From: Hallerella sp.
Lineage (GTDB): Bacteria; Bacillota_I; Bacilli_A; RFN20; CAG-826
Reading direction: 5' to 3'
NCBI GenBank assembly: GCA_963648925.1
Contig: CAVJFO010000003.1
Location: forward strand, 58,304 to 122,303
Length of the DNA: 64,000 nt
The position numbers and the translations under genes are program-made. This document shows, one piece after another, positions 33,247-44,023 of this stretch; position 1 is the stretch's first letter, and each line of letters begins with the position of its first letter. The notes under the pieces were generated by a model. That model saw nothing but the letters and a program-made list of their open reading frames with translations, searched no databases and had not been told where the DNA came from.

Positions 33247-33722
33247 TCGATTCCAATAAAGCGGAAAAAGTAATTAAGGCTTTTGCTAAAGAAGGCTTAA
33301 CTATCGGTGCTGTTGAATCGTTAACTGGTGGGTTATTTAGTGCTTCACTATGTATGGTTCCTGGCGCTAGTAAGGTTTTCCGTGGTGGAATAGTTACTTA
33401 TGCGACTGATTTAAAAACAAAATTAGACAACGTTCCCTCCTTATTAATAAAAAGATATGGTGTTGTTTCTAAGGAAGTCGCAAATTCAATGGCAATCAAC
33501 GGAAGAAAGAAGCTCGGAGTTGATGTTTGCGTTTCCTTTACCGGAAATGCTGGCCCAAGCAAAGAAGAAGGTGCTGCCCCGGTTGGAAGAGTTAATATGT
33601 GCATTGCTACCAAATATGGGATTATTGAGATGCAACAAGACTTCCATATGTCTAGAAACGAAATAAGAGAAGCGGCAGTCGATTTGATGTTTGATCGATT
33701 AATTGCAATTTTTGAAGATTAA
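33243..33722 (+). CDS. cinA: CinA C-terminal domain protein (PncC-type nicotinamide-nucleotide amidase), no MoCF-binding N-domain
   Basis: GAVESLTGGL, VSFTGNAGP, 159 aa, immediately upstream of recA. Confidence 0.85.
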   Translation: MIDSNKAEKVIKAFAKEGLTIGAVESLTGGLFSASLCMVPGASKVFRGGIVTYATDLKTKLDNVPSLLIKRYGVVSKEVANSMAINGRKKLGVDVCVSFTGNAGPSKEEGAAPVGRVNMCIATKYGIIEMQQDFHMSRNEIREAAVDLMFDRLIAIFED

Positions 33723-33773
33723 AAATGGCATTTTTTGAAAAATGACGTCTATTAATAGTTGAGGAGAATATTT

Positions 33774-34823
33774 ATGGCAAAAAAAGAAACTGAACAACTC
33801 ATAAATGAAAAAGATAAAGACGCGGCTCTTGAGGCTGCTTTGCGCTCAATAGAAAAAGCATATGGAAAAGGATCGGTCATGAGAATGGGTGAAAAACCAC
33901 ATGTCGATCTCGACGTTATTCCTTCTGGCTCTTTGCTTTTAGATCAAGCGATTGGCATTGGGGGATATCCTAAAGGAAGAATCATTGAGATTTTCGGCCC
34001 TGAATCCTCTGGTAAAACAACTCTCGCCTTACATGCCGTTGCTGAATCACAGAAAAAAGGCGGAAGAGCGGCTTATATTGACGCCGAACACGCAATCGAT
34101 CCTGAATATGCCGCAAAATTGGGCGTTAACATTAACGAATTAATCCTTTCCCAACCTGACTCTGGTGAACAAGCTCTTGAAATTGTCGAGATGCTAGCTG
34201 AATCTAATGCGATTGATGTTATCGTCGTCGACTCTGTTGCAGCATTAGTCCCTCAACAAGAACTTGATGGAGTTATGTCAGACAACCAAGTCGGCCTTCA
34301 AGCTCGTCTTATGTCAAAGGCCATGAGAAAATTGGCCGGTATCTTAAGCAAATCTAGCTGCTTAGTCATTTTCATCAATCAGCTTCGTGAAAAAGTTGGC
34401 GTTATGTATGGCAATCCTGAAACAACTACGGGTGGAAGAGCGTTGAAGTTCTATGCGTCAGTAAGGCTCGATATCAGAAGACAAGACGCCATTAAACTTG
34501 GAACGAATATTATTGGTAATAGCGTTCGTGTCAAAGTAGTTAAAAACAAAGTTGCCCCGCCATTCAAATCTTGTTCAATCGATATTATTTATGGCCAAGG
34601 CATTTCTAAAGATGGGGAAACGGTTGATCTTGGCGTTCAATTCGGCTTTATCCAAAAAACCGGAAATTGGTACGACATTGACGGAGAAAAAATTGGAAAC
34701 GGACGTGAAGCCGCTAAGGCCTATTTCCGCGAGAATCCAGAAAAGGCTGAAGAAATCAACGCTAAAATCCGCGATGTGTTCAAATCTGGCGGAAGTGTTG
34801 AAAACGCTAGCGAGGAAGAATAA
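33774..34823 (+). CDS. recA: recombinase RecA
   Basis: GPESSGKTT and the canonical RecA sequence throughout. ATG at 33774 after gaggag. Confidence 0.98.
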   Translation: MAKKETEQLINEKDKDAALEAALRSIEKAYGKGSVMRMGEKPHVDLDVIPSGSLLLDQAIGIGGYPKGRIIEIFGPESSGKTTLALHAVAESQKKGGRAAYIDAEHAIDPEYAAKLGVNINELILSQPDSGEQALEIVEMLAESNAIDVIVVDSVAALVPQQELDGVMSDNQVGLQARLMSKAMRKLAGILSKSSCLVIFINQLREKVGVMYGNPETTTGGRALKFYASVRLDIRRQDAIKLGTNIIGNSVRVKVVKNKVAPPFKSCSIDIIYGQGISKDGETVDLGVQFGFIQKTGNWYDIDGEKIGNGREAAKAYFRENPEKAEEINAKIRDVFKSGGSVENASEEE

Positions 34824-34830
34824 TCCATTA

Positions 34831-34867
34831 ATCTTATTTCCTGATTTTTCACGAAATAAGATTTTTT
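34831..34867 (+). terminator. rho-independent terminator after recA
   Basis: Stem atcttatttc/gaaataagat followed by ttttt. Confidence 0.8.
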
Positions 34868-35052
34868 AATACATTTTCTCTTCTTTATTTTCTGATAAAA
34901 CTTATAATATCAATGTACTGAAACGTACTGCCCATAGATTTTGGGAGCTTTATTATCGGGTAATCCCGTCAAATAAATTATTCTAAAAACCGAATTTCAA
35001 CCTATTTCTTATGGGCTAGGTTTAGTTTTTGGTCGTATTTAAGGAGTATATT

Positions 35053-36639
35053 ATGAAATTTTTAGAAGGAGGATCTCTTCCTTGGTGGTCGTTGCTAATA
35101 GTTGCCATTCTAGCTTTAGCAATCGGCGCTGTATCATTCTTCCTCGTTAATCACTTAACTGGAAAAAACAAAGTCAATTCCGCCACAAAAGAGTCTAAAC
35201 AAATCATCCGTGATGCTGAAGTTAAGGCTGAACGCATTACAAAAAACGCTCAAATTGACGCTAAGCAAACAACTTTTGAGATGAAACAACAAGCTCAAAA
35301 CGAAATTCGTCAAATGAAGCAAGAGGCTCAGCTTCAACAATCTAAATTGGATGCTAGAGAAGATGCAATTGATGCAAGAGATAACGCCTTGCTTGCAAAA
35401 GAAAACGCTCTTGAACAAAAGAATGATGTTCTCAACAAGAAAATCTCTGAGAACGACAAAAAGAGCAAAGAACTTGATGAAAAAATCGATGCCATTCTTG
35501 CTGAACTTGAAAAAGTCTCTGGAATGTCAGTCAAAGAAGCTCATGACGAAATCATGAATCGCGTTGAAAGCAAGATGCAGATTGAGATTGCTCAATACAT
35601 CAAAAATGCTGAAGACGAAGCTCACGACACGGCTGAGGCTAAAGCTAGAGATCTTCTTTCTTTAGCTTGCGATAAATATGCTCAAGACGTTGTCACGGAA
35701 CGCTCCGTCGCCGTTATTTCCCTTCCAACAGATGAATTAAAGGGAAGAATTATTGGTCGCGAAGGAAGAAACATTCGTGTTCTTGAACAAACTTTAGGCG
35801 TTGACTTAGTTGTTGATGACACGCCTGAAGTCATCACTGTTTCTTGCTTTAACCCAATCCGTCGCGAAATTGCTAAACGCACTCTCGAAATACTTGTTAA
35901 AGATGGTCGTATCCAACCTGGTAGAATCGAAGAAGTTGCGGCTAAATGCAAAACTGAAGTTGAAAACGATTGCTTCAAAGCCGGACAAGATGCCGTTAAC
36001 CGCTTAGGCTTAGTCAAAGTCAACCGCGAAATGATTGCTATTCTTGGCAAATTAAAATACCGTACTTCCTATGGCCAAAACGTTCTTGATCACTCGATTG
36101 AAGTTGGATATCTTTGCGGTATTATGGCCGCTGAACTTGGCCTTGATCAAAACTTAGCCCGTCGTGCTGGTTTATTGCACGATATCGGAAAAGCTCTTGA
36201 TTACGAACAAGAAGGAACGCATGCTTCATTAGGCGCTTCATTAGCCCGTAAATTTGGTGAAAATGAAGTTGTTGTTAACTCAATTGAAGCTCACCATGGC
36301 GATGTTCCATGCAAGAGCGTTATCGCTCATTTAGTCATTGCTGGCGATACTCTTTCTGCCGCAAGACCAGGCGCTCGTTCCGAAACTCTTGAAACTTATA
36401 CAAAACGTATCACCCAACTTGAGGATATCGCTAAGGAATTTGACGGCGTTCAACAAGCCTATGCAGTTCAAGCTGGTAGAGAAATTCGCGTTATGGTTAT
36501 CCCAGAAAAGGTCAGCGATGCTGAAGCTATAAAAATGGCTCAGCAAATGCGTGATAAGATCGAAAGCACAATGACTTATCCAGGTACAATCAAGGTGTCA
36601 GTCATTCGTGAATATAGAGCTGTGGAGACGGCTAAATAA
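35053..36639 (+). CDS. rny: ribonuclease Y
   Basis: N-terminal TM helix, coiled coil, KH domain (GRIIGREGRNIR) and HD domain (LLHDIGKA). ATG at 35053 after aaggag. Confidence 0.95.
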   Translation: MKFLEGGSLPWWSLLIVAILALAIGAVSFFLVNHLTGKNKVNSATKESKQIIRDAEVKAERITKNAQIDAKQTTFEMKQQAQNEIRQMKQEAQLQQSKLDAREDAIDARDNALLAKENALEQKNDVLNKKISENDKKSKELDEKIDAILAELEKVSGMSVKEAHDEIMNRVESKMQIEIAQYIKNAEDEAHDTAEAKARDLLSLACDKYAQDVVTERSVAVISLPTDELKGRIIGREGRNIRVLEQTLGVDLVVDDTPEVITVSCFNPIRREIAKRTLEILVKDGRIQPGRIEEVAAKCKTEVENDCFKAGQDAVNRLGLVKVNREMIAILGKLKYRTSYGQNVLDHSIEVGYLCGIMAAELGLDQNLARRAGLLHDIGKALDYEQEGTHASLGASLARKFGENEVVVNSIEAHHGDVPCKSVIAHLVIAGDTLSAARPGARSETLETYTKRITQLEDIAKEFDGVQQAYAVQAGREIRVMVIPEKVSDAEAIKMAQQMRDKIESTMTYPGTIKVSVIREYRAVETAK

Positions 36640-36640
36640 G

Positions 36641-37426
36641 ATGCGTATTCTCTTTTTAGGAGATATAGTTGGAAAGGTGGGTCGCGATGCGGTCCATCTT
36701 TCTTTGCCTAGACTGGTCAATAAATACGATGTTGATTTCGTTATTGTTAATGGCGAAAATGCCACGCATGGCAAGGGGCTAATTGAAAAACATTACAAAG
36801 AGTTGCTCTCTTATGGTGCTGATTGCATTACACTTGGGAACCATTGGCATTCAAAAAAGCAAATTGATGGTTACATCGATGATGCGGAAGCTCTTGTTCG
36901 TCCATTAAACCTAATGAATTACAATCACGGTTTTGGAAGCGTCTGTTTCGATTTGGACGGTTTACCAGTTCGTGTTACCAACATCCTTTGTCAAAGTTTC
37001 ATGCAAGAAGAAGTTATAAATCCATATGATTGTTTAAATAAACTTCTTCTAGAGAATCAAGAACCTTGCATTCATTTTGTTGATCTTCACGGGGAATCAA
37101 CCTCAGAAAAGCAAATATTCGCTTATAATTTTGATGGATTATTAACTGCAGTTATTGGAACGCATACGCACGTTCAAACTAATGATTGCAGAATCCTTGA
37201 TGGCGGAACAGCCTTCATGGCTGATGCTGGGATGTGCGGAGACCCTAACGGGGTGATTGGATTCGAAAAGAATTCTGTCATCAATAAGATGGTTTATGGC
37301 AAAACTGGCATATTTCAGATTGATGATGAGGCTAATATGATGGTCAATGGCTGCATTATTGAGGTCGATGAAGAAACCTTCTTAGCAACAAAAATTTTCC
37401 CGATTAACCAAATGGTAGAAAGATAG
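36641..37426 (+). CDS. ymdB: YmdB-type metallophosphoesterase (2',3'-cyclic-nucleotide phosphodiesterase family)
   Basis: MRILFLGDIVG, NGENATHGKG, GNHW, GTHTHVQTND; follows rny as in Bacillus. Confidence 0.88.
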   Translation: MRILFLGDIVGKVGRDAVHLSLPRLVNKYDVDFVIVNGENATHGKGLIEKHYKELLSYGADCITLGNHWHSKKQIDGYIDDAEALVRPLNLMNYNHGFGSVCFDLDGLPVRVTNILCQSFMQEEVINPYDCLNKLLLENQEPCIHFVDLHGESTSEKQIFAYNFDGLLTAVIGTHTHVQTNDCRILDGGTAFMADAGMCGDPNGVIGFEKNSVINKMVYGKTGIFQIDDEANMMVNGCIIEVDEETFLATKIFPINQMVER

Positions 37427-37433
37427 AGAGAAT

Positions 37434-39170
37434 ATGAAAAAAGTAATATATGAAAACGTCGCATCGCAAAAAGATGCAGCAAAACGTCCAGAAGTGGAAC
37501 GCACTCTTTCGAAAAATGATGTTCCTGATATTTTAAAAAACTTTGCTAAAGGCCGTTATTTCTATATTCGAACATATGGTTGCCAAGCAAATATTCGTGA
37601 TGAAGAAGTTATGGCCGGGTATCTTTCTGATGCGGGATTTGTAAGAACTTCCGATCCAAGACAGGCTAACATTGCAATAATCAATACCTGTGCCGTTAGA
37701 GAAAACGCTGAAGATAAAGTCTATGGCGAAATTGGTACATTCAAGCAAAACAAAGACAAGGATAAAGATTTCATGCTTGTTCTTGCTGGATGCGTAATGG
37801 ACGAAAATGATGTCGCTCAAAACTTAACGAAAACCTATCCATGGATAACGTTGGTTATTGGCACGCATGATATTTCCCATCTTAATTCTCTTTTAGCTTC
37901 CTCTTTAGAAAAGAAAGCATCTATCGTTTCAGTTAGATCTTTTGCTTCCGAAGTCGTAGAAAATATGCCTTCTGTTAGATTGGATTCCGCAAAGGCCTTT
38001 GTTAATATCTCTTATGGCTGCGATAAATTTTGCACTTATTGCATCGTTCCTTATACAAGAGGAAGAGAACGTTCAAGAAAGATGGAAGATATCGTAAGAG
38101 AATGTAAAGAATTAGTTGAAAAAGGCTACAAACAAATTACCTTATTAGGCCAAAACGTTAATTCATACGGTTTGGATTTTAAAGACGGTACGACATTTGC
38201 AAAACTTCTTAAAGCAGTCGCAATGACTGGCATCCCTCATTTAAGATTCCTCACTTCCTATCCATCTCAATTTACCAATGAAATGATTGAAATAATGGCA
38301 ACATATCCAAATATCGACCATTGGCTTCATTTCCCAGTTCAGTCTGGCTCAAGCCATGTTTTAGGCAAGATGGGAAGAAGATATACGAGAGATGATTATC
38401 TTAACGTTGTTAGAAAAATCAAAGAACGAATCCCTGATATGGCTTTGACAACCGATATTATTGTTGGCTTTCCATATGAAACAGAAGAAGATTTTGAAGA
38501 GACGCTAAGCCTTTGCAAAGAAGTGGGCTATTCAAGCGCATATACCTTCATTTATTCTCCACGCCCAGGAACTCCAGCCGCTTCATGGGAACAAATTCCA
38601 CCAGAGGTCTCACACGAAAGATTTAACCGTCTTAAAAAAGTCATTGACGATTTAACGGAAAAATCTTCTGAGGAATGTGTCGGAAAAACATATACGGTTT
38701 TAGTTGATGGGCCTTCAAAGAAAAACGAAGAAGTCCTCTCAGGTTATGCGCCAAATGGAAAACTAATCAATTTCCCTGGTCCGAAATATCTAAGCGGTTG
38801 CTTTGTTGACGTAAAAGTCAAAGAATCGCATGTTTATTCATTAACTGGCGAGATGGTTGAAGATCCTCTTATATCCAAAGCAAAAGATGTTTCATTTTTG
38901 CTTTCTTGCTCTCCATTAATGAAAGAATATCTTTCACTTGATGAACAAATAAAAAATGACCAAGAGATAAAAGAATTGGGAGAAAAACTCGTTGAAGCGA
39001 AAAAAGGCATGGCCAATTCAATGTCTGATAAAGAAAAATATCTCACATATAAAAACGAATACAAGGATACTCTTACGAAAATTCAAAACCATCCTTTGTT
39101 AAATAATCACGACAACTTAAAAGAACTCGTAGAAGGAGAACTTTTGATTGTCAGGGAAGCACTTAAATGA
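37434..39170 (+). CDS. miaB: tRNA methylthiotransferase MiaB fused to a C-terminal YmcA/YlbF (RicA)-like domain
   Basis: UPF0004 N-domain, radical-SAM CDKFCTYC and a TRAM domain ending near LTGEMVE. About 100 further residues follow, with a YlbF/YmcA-like pattern (KEYLSLDEQIKNDQEIKEL...IQNHPLLNNHDNLKELVEGELLIV). Confidence 0.85.
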   Translation: MKKVIYENVASQKDAAKRPEVERTLSKNDVPDILKNFAKGRYFYIRTYGCQANIRDEEVMAGYLSDAGFVRTSDPRQANIAIINTCAVRENAEDKVYGEIGTFKQNKDKDKDFMLVLAGCVMDENDVAQNLTKTYPWITLVIGTHDISHLNSLLASSLEKKASIVSVRSFASEVVENMPSVRLDSAKAFVNISYGCDKFCTYCIVPYTRGRERSRKMEDIVRECKELVEKGYKQITLLGQNVNSYGLDFKDGTTFAKLLKAVAMTGIPHLRFLTSYPSQFTNEMIEIMATYPNIDHWLHFPVQSGSSHVLGKMGRRYTRDDYLNVVRKIKERIPDMALTTDIIVGFPYETEEDFEETLSLCKEVGYSSAYTFIYSPRPGTPAASWEQIPPEVSHERFNRLKKVIDDLTEKSSEECVGKTYTVLVDGPSKKNEEVLSGYAPNGKLINFPGPKYLSGCFVDVKVKESHVYSLTGEMVEDPLISKAKDVSFLLSCSPLMKEYLSLDEQIKNDQEIKELGEKLVEAKKGMANSMSDKEKYLTYKNEYKDTLTKIQNHPLLNNHDNLKELVEGELLIVREALK

Positions 39171-40039
39171 TTATCGTCTTAACTGGTCCAACGGGTGTGG
39201 GAAAATCGGCTTTAGCGATTTCTTTAGCGAAAAAAATCGACGGAGAAATCGTTAATGCGGACGCTTTTCAAGTTTATGAAGAATTAAAAATCGCAACCGC
39301 TGCACCTAGCGAAGATGAGAAAAGAGAGGTACCCCACCATTTATATTCTTTCGTTCCTTTAAGTGAGGGGTATGATATTTCTCGTTACCAAGTCGATGCA
39401 AGAAAATGCATTGAAGATATTTTATCAAGGAAGAAAATACCAATTATCGTCGGTGGAAGTGGCCTATATATCCGTTCAGCCTTATATGATTACGACCTTT
39501 CTATTGATACTTCAAATGTCGATATGAGCGAGTACGAAAAGAAAAGCGATGAGGATTTGCATGATATTTTAGAAAAACTCGATCCAACTGAAGCGAAAAA
39601 AATCCCTTCTCAAAATCGTCGAAGAGTTTTAAGGGATATTGCAATATGCTTAGCGGCAAATGAGAGCAAGACGTCTCTTTTAAGCAAACAAAGCCACGAG
39701 CCTATATATGAAACAAAGTTTTTCGCTTTGACTAAAGATAGACAAATTCTTTACGAATTAATCGAAAAAAGAGTTGATGCAATGTTCGAAAAAGGATTGC
39801 TTGAGGAAACATTGCCATTAATTGAAAAATATGGGGAGGATAAACCCGCTTTTCAGGCGATAGGCGTAAAAGAACTAATCCCTTATATTCATTCTGAGAA
39901 AACATTAGAAGAAACCATCGCCCAAATTAAAGTAGACACACGCCATTACGTAAAAAGACAAGAAACATTCTTCCGCCATCAATTTCCAACAATCCTCGTG
40001 AAAAACGAAGAAGAAATTCTTTCTTATCTTTCTAAATGA
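39167..40039 (+). CDS. miaA: tRNA dimethylallyltransferase
   Basis: GPTGVGKSALAI P-loop, IVGGSGLYI. Confidence 0.93.
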   Translation: MIIVLTGPTGVGKSALAISLAKKIDGEIVNADAFQVYEELKIATAAPSEDEKREVPHHLYSFVPLSEGYDISRYQVDARKCIEDILSRKKIPIIVGGSGLYIRSALYDYDLSIDTSNVDMSEYEKKSDEDLHDILEKLDPTEAKKIPSQNRRRVLRDIAICLAANESKTSLLSKQSHEPIYETKFFALTKDRQILYELIEKRVDAMFEKGLLEETLPLIEKYGEDKPAFQAIGVKELIPYIHSEKTLEETIAQIKVDTRHYVKRQETFFRHQFPTILVKNEEEILSYLSK

Positions 40040-40103
40040 CTTTAATTTAAGAAAAATAAGTTCTATCTTTAAATAGAAGAAAATAAATAGGAGGTTAGCG
40101 AAT

Positions 40104-41720
40104 ATGTCACTTTTGAAAATAAATGAGATCGCAAAAAGAGCATCGATTCCTGAAGAATACGTTGAACCATACGGTTTTTATAAGGCTAAAATTGATAATT
40201 CGCTTTATAAAGACCTCGAAAATAAAGAGAATGGCAAATTAGTTCTAGTTACTGCCATAACTCCAACAAAGGCTGGGGAAGGTAAAACCACGATGTCAAT
40301 CGCTCTTCAAGAAGGGTTCGGAAAGATTAACGTTCCTTCTATGCTTTGTCTTAGGGAACCTGCTTTAGGACCGGTTTTTGGAATTAAAGGAGGAGCGACT
40401 GGCGGAGGAAAAGCTTCTATTGGCCCTTCAGAAGATATAAATCTCCATTTTACCGGAGATATGCACGCTTTGACCTCTTCTATAAATTTGATATCTGCCG
40501 TAATCGATAATTCTATTTTTCAAGGCAATCCTTTAAATATCAATCCCGAAAAAATAGTTTGGAAAAGGGCGATGGATATGAATGATCGCGCTTTAAGAAA
40601 TATCGTCGTGGCAAACGGAGAAAAAGACGGAGTTAGAAGGAATGATTCCTTTTTAATTACGGTTGCCTCAGAACTTATGGCCATCATGTGTCTTGCTAAA
40701 GACGAATTTGATTTTCACCAAAGATTATTAAAAATCATAGTTGCATACGACATGAATGATAGGCCAATAATGGTCAAGGATTTGAATTGTTCTCATGCGG
40801 TTATGCGTTTGATGAAAGAAGCCCTTAAGCCTAATCTTGTTCAAACGATAGAAAATGAACCGTGTTTTGTCCATGGCGGTCCTTTTGCCAACATTGCTCA
40901 TGGATGCAATTCGCTTATTGCAACACGTCTTGCTTTAAAAATGGCCCCAATCGTTATTACTGAAGCGGGATTTGCCGCTGATTTGGGAGCGGAGAAATTC
41001 CTTGATATCGCTTGCCAAGAAGGTGAGATGCATTGCGACGCTGTCGTTTTAGTTGCAACAATTCGCGCCTTAAAGATGCATGGAGGAGTTCCTTTTGCCG
41101 ACTTAGAAAAAGAAAATGTCGACGCTCTTAAAAAGGGCTTTGCAAATTTAGAAGTCCATGCAACTAATATTCAAAAATTTGGTCTTCCACTAATAATTGC
41201 CATCAATCATTTTGAATCTGATTCTCCAAAAGAAATTGAGGCATTAGAAGCTTATTGCAAAGAAAAAGGCTTTGAATATTCCTTTGTCGATGCCTTCACG
41301 AAAGGCGGAGATGGCGCTATTGATTTAGCAAACAAAGTTAAGAACCTATTAGAAACAAAACCTTCTTCTTACCACCCGCTTTATGCAAAAGAAATGCCGC
41401 TAAAGAAGAAAATCGAAACTATTTGCCAAGAAATTTATCGCGCAAAAGGTGTCGAATATTCTCCTAAAGCTGAAGAACAATTGAAAAAATACGATGAAAT
41501 GGGCTATGGGAATGCTTATATTTGCATGGCTAAGACCCCTAATTCGCTTAGTGATGATCCAAAACTTTTAAATGCCCCAGAAGGCCATACCATTCACATA
41601 CGTGAAGTAAATCTTTCTAGCGGAGCAAACTTCATTATTCCTCTTACTGGATCAATCATGACTATGCCTGGTCTCCCTAAGGAACCTGCAGCTATAAAAA
41701 TGGAGAAAGAACCATGGTAA
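40104..41720 (+). CDS. fhs: formate--tetrahydrofolate ligase
   Basis: PTKAGEGKTT, EPALGPVFGIKGGA, canonical FTHFS sequence. Confidence 0.95.
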   Translation: MSLLKINEIAKRASIPEEYVEPYGFYKAKIDNSLYKDLENKENGKLVLVTAITPTKAGEGKTTMSIALQEGFGKINVPSMLCLREPALGPVFGIKGGATGGGKASIGPSEDINLHFTGDMHALTSSINLISAVIDNSIFQGNPLNINPEKIVWKRAMDMNDRALRNIVVANGEKDGVRRNDSFLITVASELMAIMCLAKDEFDFHQRLLKIIVAYDMNDRPIMVKDLNCSHAVMRLMKEALKPNLVQTIENEPCFVHGGPFANIAHGCNSLIATRLALKMAPIVITEAGFAADLGAEKFLDIACQEGEMHCDAVVLVATIRALKMHGGVPFADLEKENVDALKKGFANLEVHATNIQKFGLPLIIAINHFESDSPKEIEALEAYCKEKGFEYSFVDAFTKGGDGAIDLANKVKNLLETKPSSYHPLYAKEMPLKKKIETICQEIYRAKGVEYSPKAEEQLKKYDEMGYGNAYICMAKTPNSLSDDPKLLNAPEGHTIHIREVNLSSGANFIIPLTGSIMTMPGLPKEPAAIKMEKEPW

Positions 41721-41923
41721 TTACTGAATATAATCTTTTTGATGAGGTCGAAATGAAAAAACCTCATCCTTGTAGCACTCATTCCAAGCGTTTCCAAATC
41801 GTTCGCCTTGGGGCAGACGTAAAAATTAAATGTCTCGGATGTGGAAATGTTATCATGATCGACCGTGACAAATTCAATCATTCCTTAAAAAAAGTTATCG
41901 GACCAATGCCAAATGAAAAATAA
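41714..41923 (+). CDS. DUF951-like small zinc-ribbon protein
   Basis: MKKPHPCSTHSKRFQIVRLGADVKIKCLGCGNVIMIDR pattern. Confidence 0.6.
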   Translation: MVITEYNLFDEVEMKKPHPCSTHSKRFQIVRLGADVKIKCLGCGNVIMIDRDKFNHSLKKVIGPMPNEK

Positions 41924-41974
41924 TTTGGCATTTTTTCTTTTTCTACGTCTATTAATAGATGGGGAAGAAGAAAA

Positions 41975-44023
41975 ATGTTTAAGGTTAAAAACGTAACGAA
42001 AAAATATGGCAAGGGTTCTAATGTTTGCGTAGCTTTGGAAAACATTAGTTTTTCATTGCCTTCTAAAGGATTGTTTTGCATTGCTGGAAAATCTGGCTCA
42101 GGAAAGTCAACGATTTTAAATTTACTTGCGGGATTAGAAAAACCTACAGAAGGAGAGGTATATTTTCAAAACAAGAATATAAGCAAAGCAAAAGATGCTG
42201 AACTAGTTGATTATCGAAATAACTGGTGCTCTTTTGTTTATCAGCATTTCAATTTGCTAGATGATCTTAAAGCAAAGGAAAATGTCTTATTGCCTTTAAC
42301 AATACGCGGAGAAAACAAAAAGAAAAGAGAAAAAGAAATAGATGATCTCTTTTTCAAATTCAAACTTGATAAACACAAAGATAAGAAAGTTGGTTTACTG
42401 TCAGGCGGAGAAAAGCAAAGAGTCGCCTTAATTAGGGCTTTGATCACATCCCCAAAGATACTTTTCGCGGATGAACCAACAGGAGCCTTAGATAAAGAGA
42501 ATGAAAAAATAATCATGGATTCTTTGAAAGAATTTTCAAAAGACAATTTGGTTATTTTAGTCACGCATAACGAGAACTTAATCGATAAATATGCCGATGA
42601 TGTGATGCGTTTAGAAGATGGAAAAGTAATAAAACCGTTTAAAGCTTACCCTGATGAGAGAGATAACATAACCATCAAGAAAAGAAAGATGTCATTTGGG
42701 TGGATCAAAAGAATTTTCGCTCATAATTACGTGAAAAATAAAGTTAAAAATTCTTTTGCGATACTTTCTGGAAGTATTGGTTATCTTTCTTTATTGATTT
42801 GTCTAGGCTTTTATTCTGGTAGCAAAAATGTTTTATCAGATGAAAAAAGCCACACCTTAAACTATCTTCAAGCATCAATTTCCAAACAAACGAAATATAA
42901 CCTGGATAACTCTCCTATTTCTCTCATTAGAAACGAAAGACCAACATTAAGTGAGTGTGAGGATATTTTAGAGAAAATTCCCGAAGTAAAAATAAAGAAT
43001 GATTATTCTTATTTCTTGCCATCTTATCATTCTTTTTCATTAAATGGTTTTCCTTATGAAAACGCAAATCTTGTCCCTTTATTAGATATAACATTGAAAA
43101 ATAGAACGCACTCATTCGTTTCAAAGGGCCAAGCACCTTCTGGAAACTCCCTTAATTATTGCCTAGTCAATGAGGAATTTGAAGAAAAGATAGGAGAGGA
43201 TGTATTGGGGAAAAGAGCAAAAATATCCATCGAAACAACGGTTGAGAGAAATGGCTTCAAAGATAACATTGAAATAAATCTCTCATTTCTGATTATCGGC
43301 GTGGTTAAAGAATTTTCTTTTTTAAACAATGCCAAGATTTATTATTCTTACCCCTCCTTTGAATCTATGCTTAAAAGAACGCATCTTGATAACCTTGATA
43401 TGGACTTAGGCACATTTCTTTTGAAGGAAGGTAACAACTCGCCATATCTTAATTATTCATATAATTTATTTTTCGAAGAAGATGAAGCGGATAAGATTAA
43501 AGAAATATCAGATTCTTTAACTAAACTCGATAACGGGTATATTCTTTCTTCAAACGCCTTTACTGTTAATTCTTCATTTGAAAATTTAACAAACGCTTTT
43601 TCAATGTCTTCGATGCCATTTGTTTTTATTGAACTTTTTGGAGTGGCTTTTATCTTATCATCTTTCACTTATCATTCATTTTTAGAAAGAAGGAAACAGA
43701 CTGCCATTCTTACTTCATTGGGCGCTTCAAAGAAAGAAATAAGAGTGCTTAGTTTAAGTGAACCTCTTTCATCGAGCCTCATTAGTTCTTTAATTTCTTT
43801 AGGACTCTCGTGGCCTGTGTCGTATTTGTTTTCAAAATTGCTTTACCAGAAATTCGGCATCGCATCTTTTGTTTCGATTCCTTATTTGAACTTTCTTGGC
43901 ATACCGTATTTTCCGCTAATTGCAGTATTTCTTTTTTCTTTGCTTATTGCCTTCTTTTCCGCGGCTATTCCTTTATTCGTTACAAGGAAAAGAAACTTGT
44001 TAGAGGAGCTTAGGGACGAATGA
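41975..44023 (+). CDS. MacB-type fused ABC transporter (NBD + FtsX-like permease), 682 aa
   Basis: GKSGSGKST, LSGGEKQRVALIRAL, ILFADEPTGALD. TM1 is near residue 261-282, followed by an extracytoplasmic domain of about 260 aa and three C-terminal TM helices. Confidence 0.85.
   Translation: MFKVKNVTKKYGKGSNVCVALENISFSLPSKGLFCIAGKSGSGKSTILNLLAGLEKPTEGEVYFQNKNISKAKDAELVDYRNNWCSFVYQHFNLLDDLKAKENVLLPLTIRGENKKKREKEIDDLFFKFKLDKHKDKKVGLLSGGEKQRVALIRALITSPKILFADEPTGALDKENEKIIMDSLKEFSKDNLVILVTHNENLIDKYADDVMRLEDGKVIKPFKAYPDERDNITIKKRKMSFGWIKRIFAHNYVKNKVKNSFAILSGSIGYLSLLICLGFYSGSKNVLSDEKSHTLNYLQASISKQTKYNLDNSPISLIRNERPTLSECEDILEKIPEVKIKNDYSYFLPSYHSFSLNGFPYENANLVPLLDITLKNRTHSFVSKGQAPSGNSLNYCLVNEEFEEKIGEDVLGKRAKISIETTVERNGFKDNIEINLSFLIIGVVKEFSFLNNAKIYYSYPSFESMLKRTHLDNLDMDLGTFLLKEGNNSPYLNYSYNLFFEEDEADKIKEISDSLTKLDNGYILSSNAFTVNSSFENLTNAFSMSSMPFVFIELFGVAFILSSFTYHSFLERRKQTAILTSLGASKKEIRVLSLSEPLSSSLISSLISLGLSWPVSYLFSKLLYQKFGIASFVSIPYLNFLGIPYFPLIAVFLFSLLIAFFSAAIPLFVTRKRNLLEELRDE

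Noticed and set aside
34900-35052. Roughly 140-nt leader between a TATAAT box (about 34901) and rny, with a small hairpin gtac-tgaaac-gtac and possible long-range pairing gcccatag/cttatgggc.
   Set aside because: The pairings are short and imperfect, and I recognise no motif. This is not enough to call a regulatory RNA without comparative data.
35155-36546. Cluster of short ORFs on both strands inside rny (for example 35155-35418, 35334-35534, 35682-36050, 36331-36546).
   Set aside because: All are nested in the well-supported RNase Y frame, and the repetitive K/E/Q coiled-coil codons generate open alternative frames.
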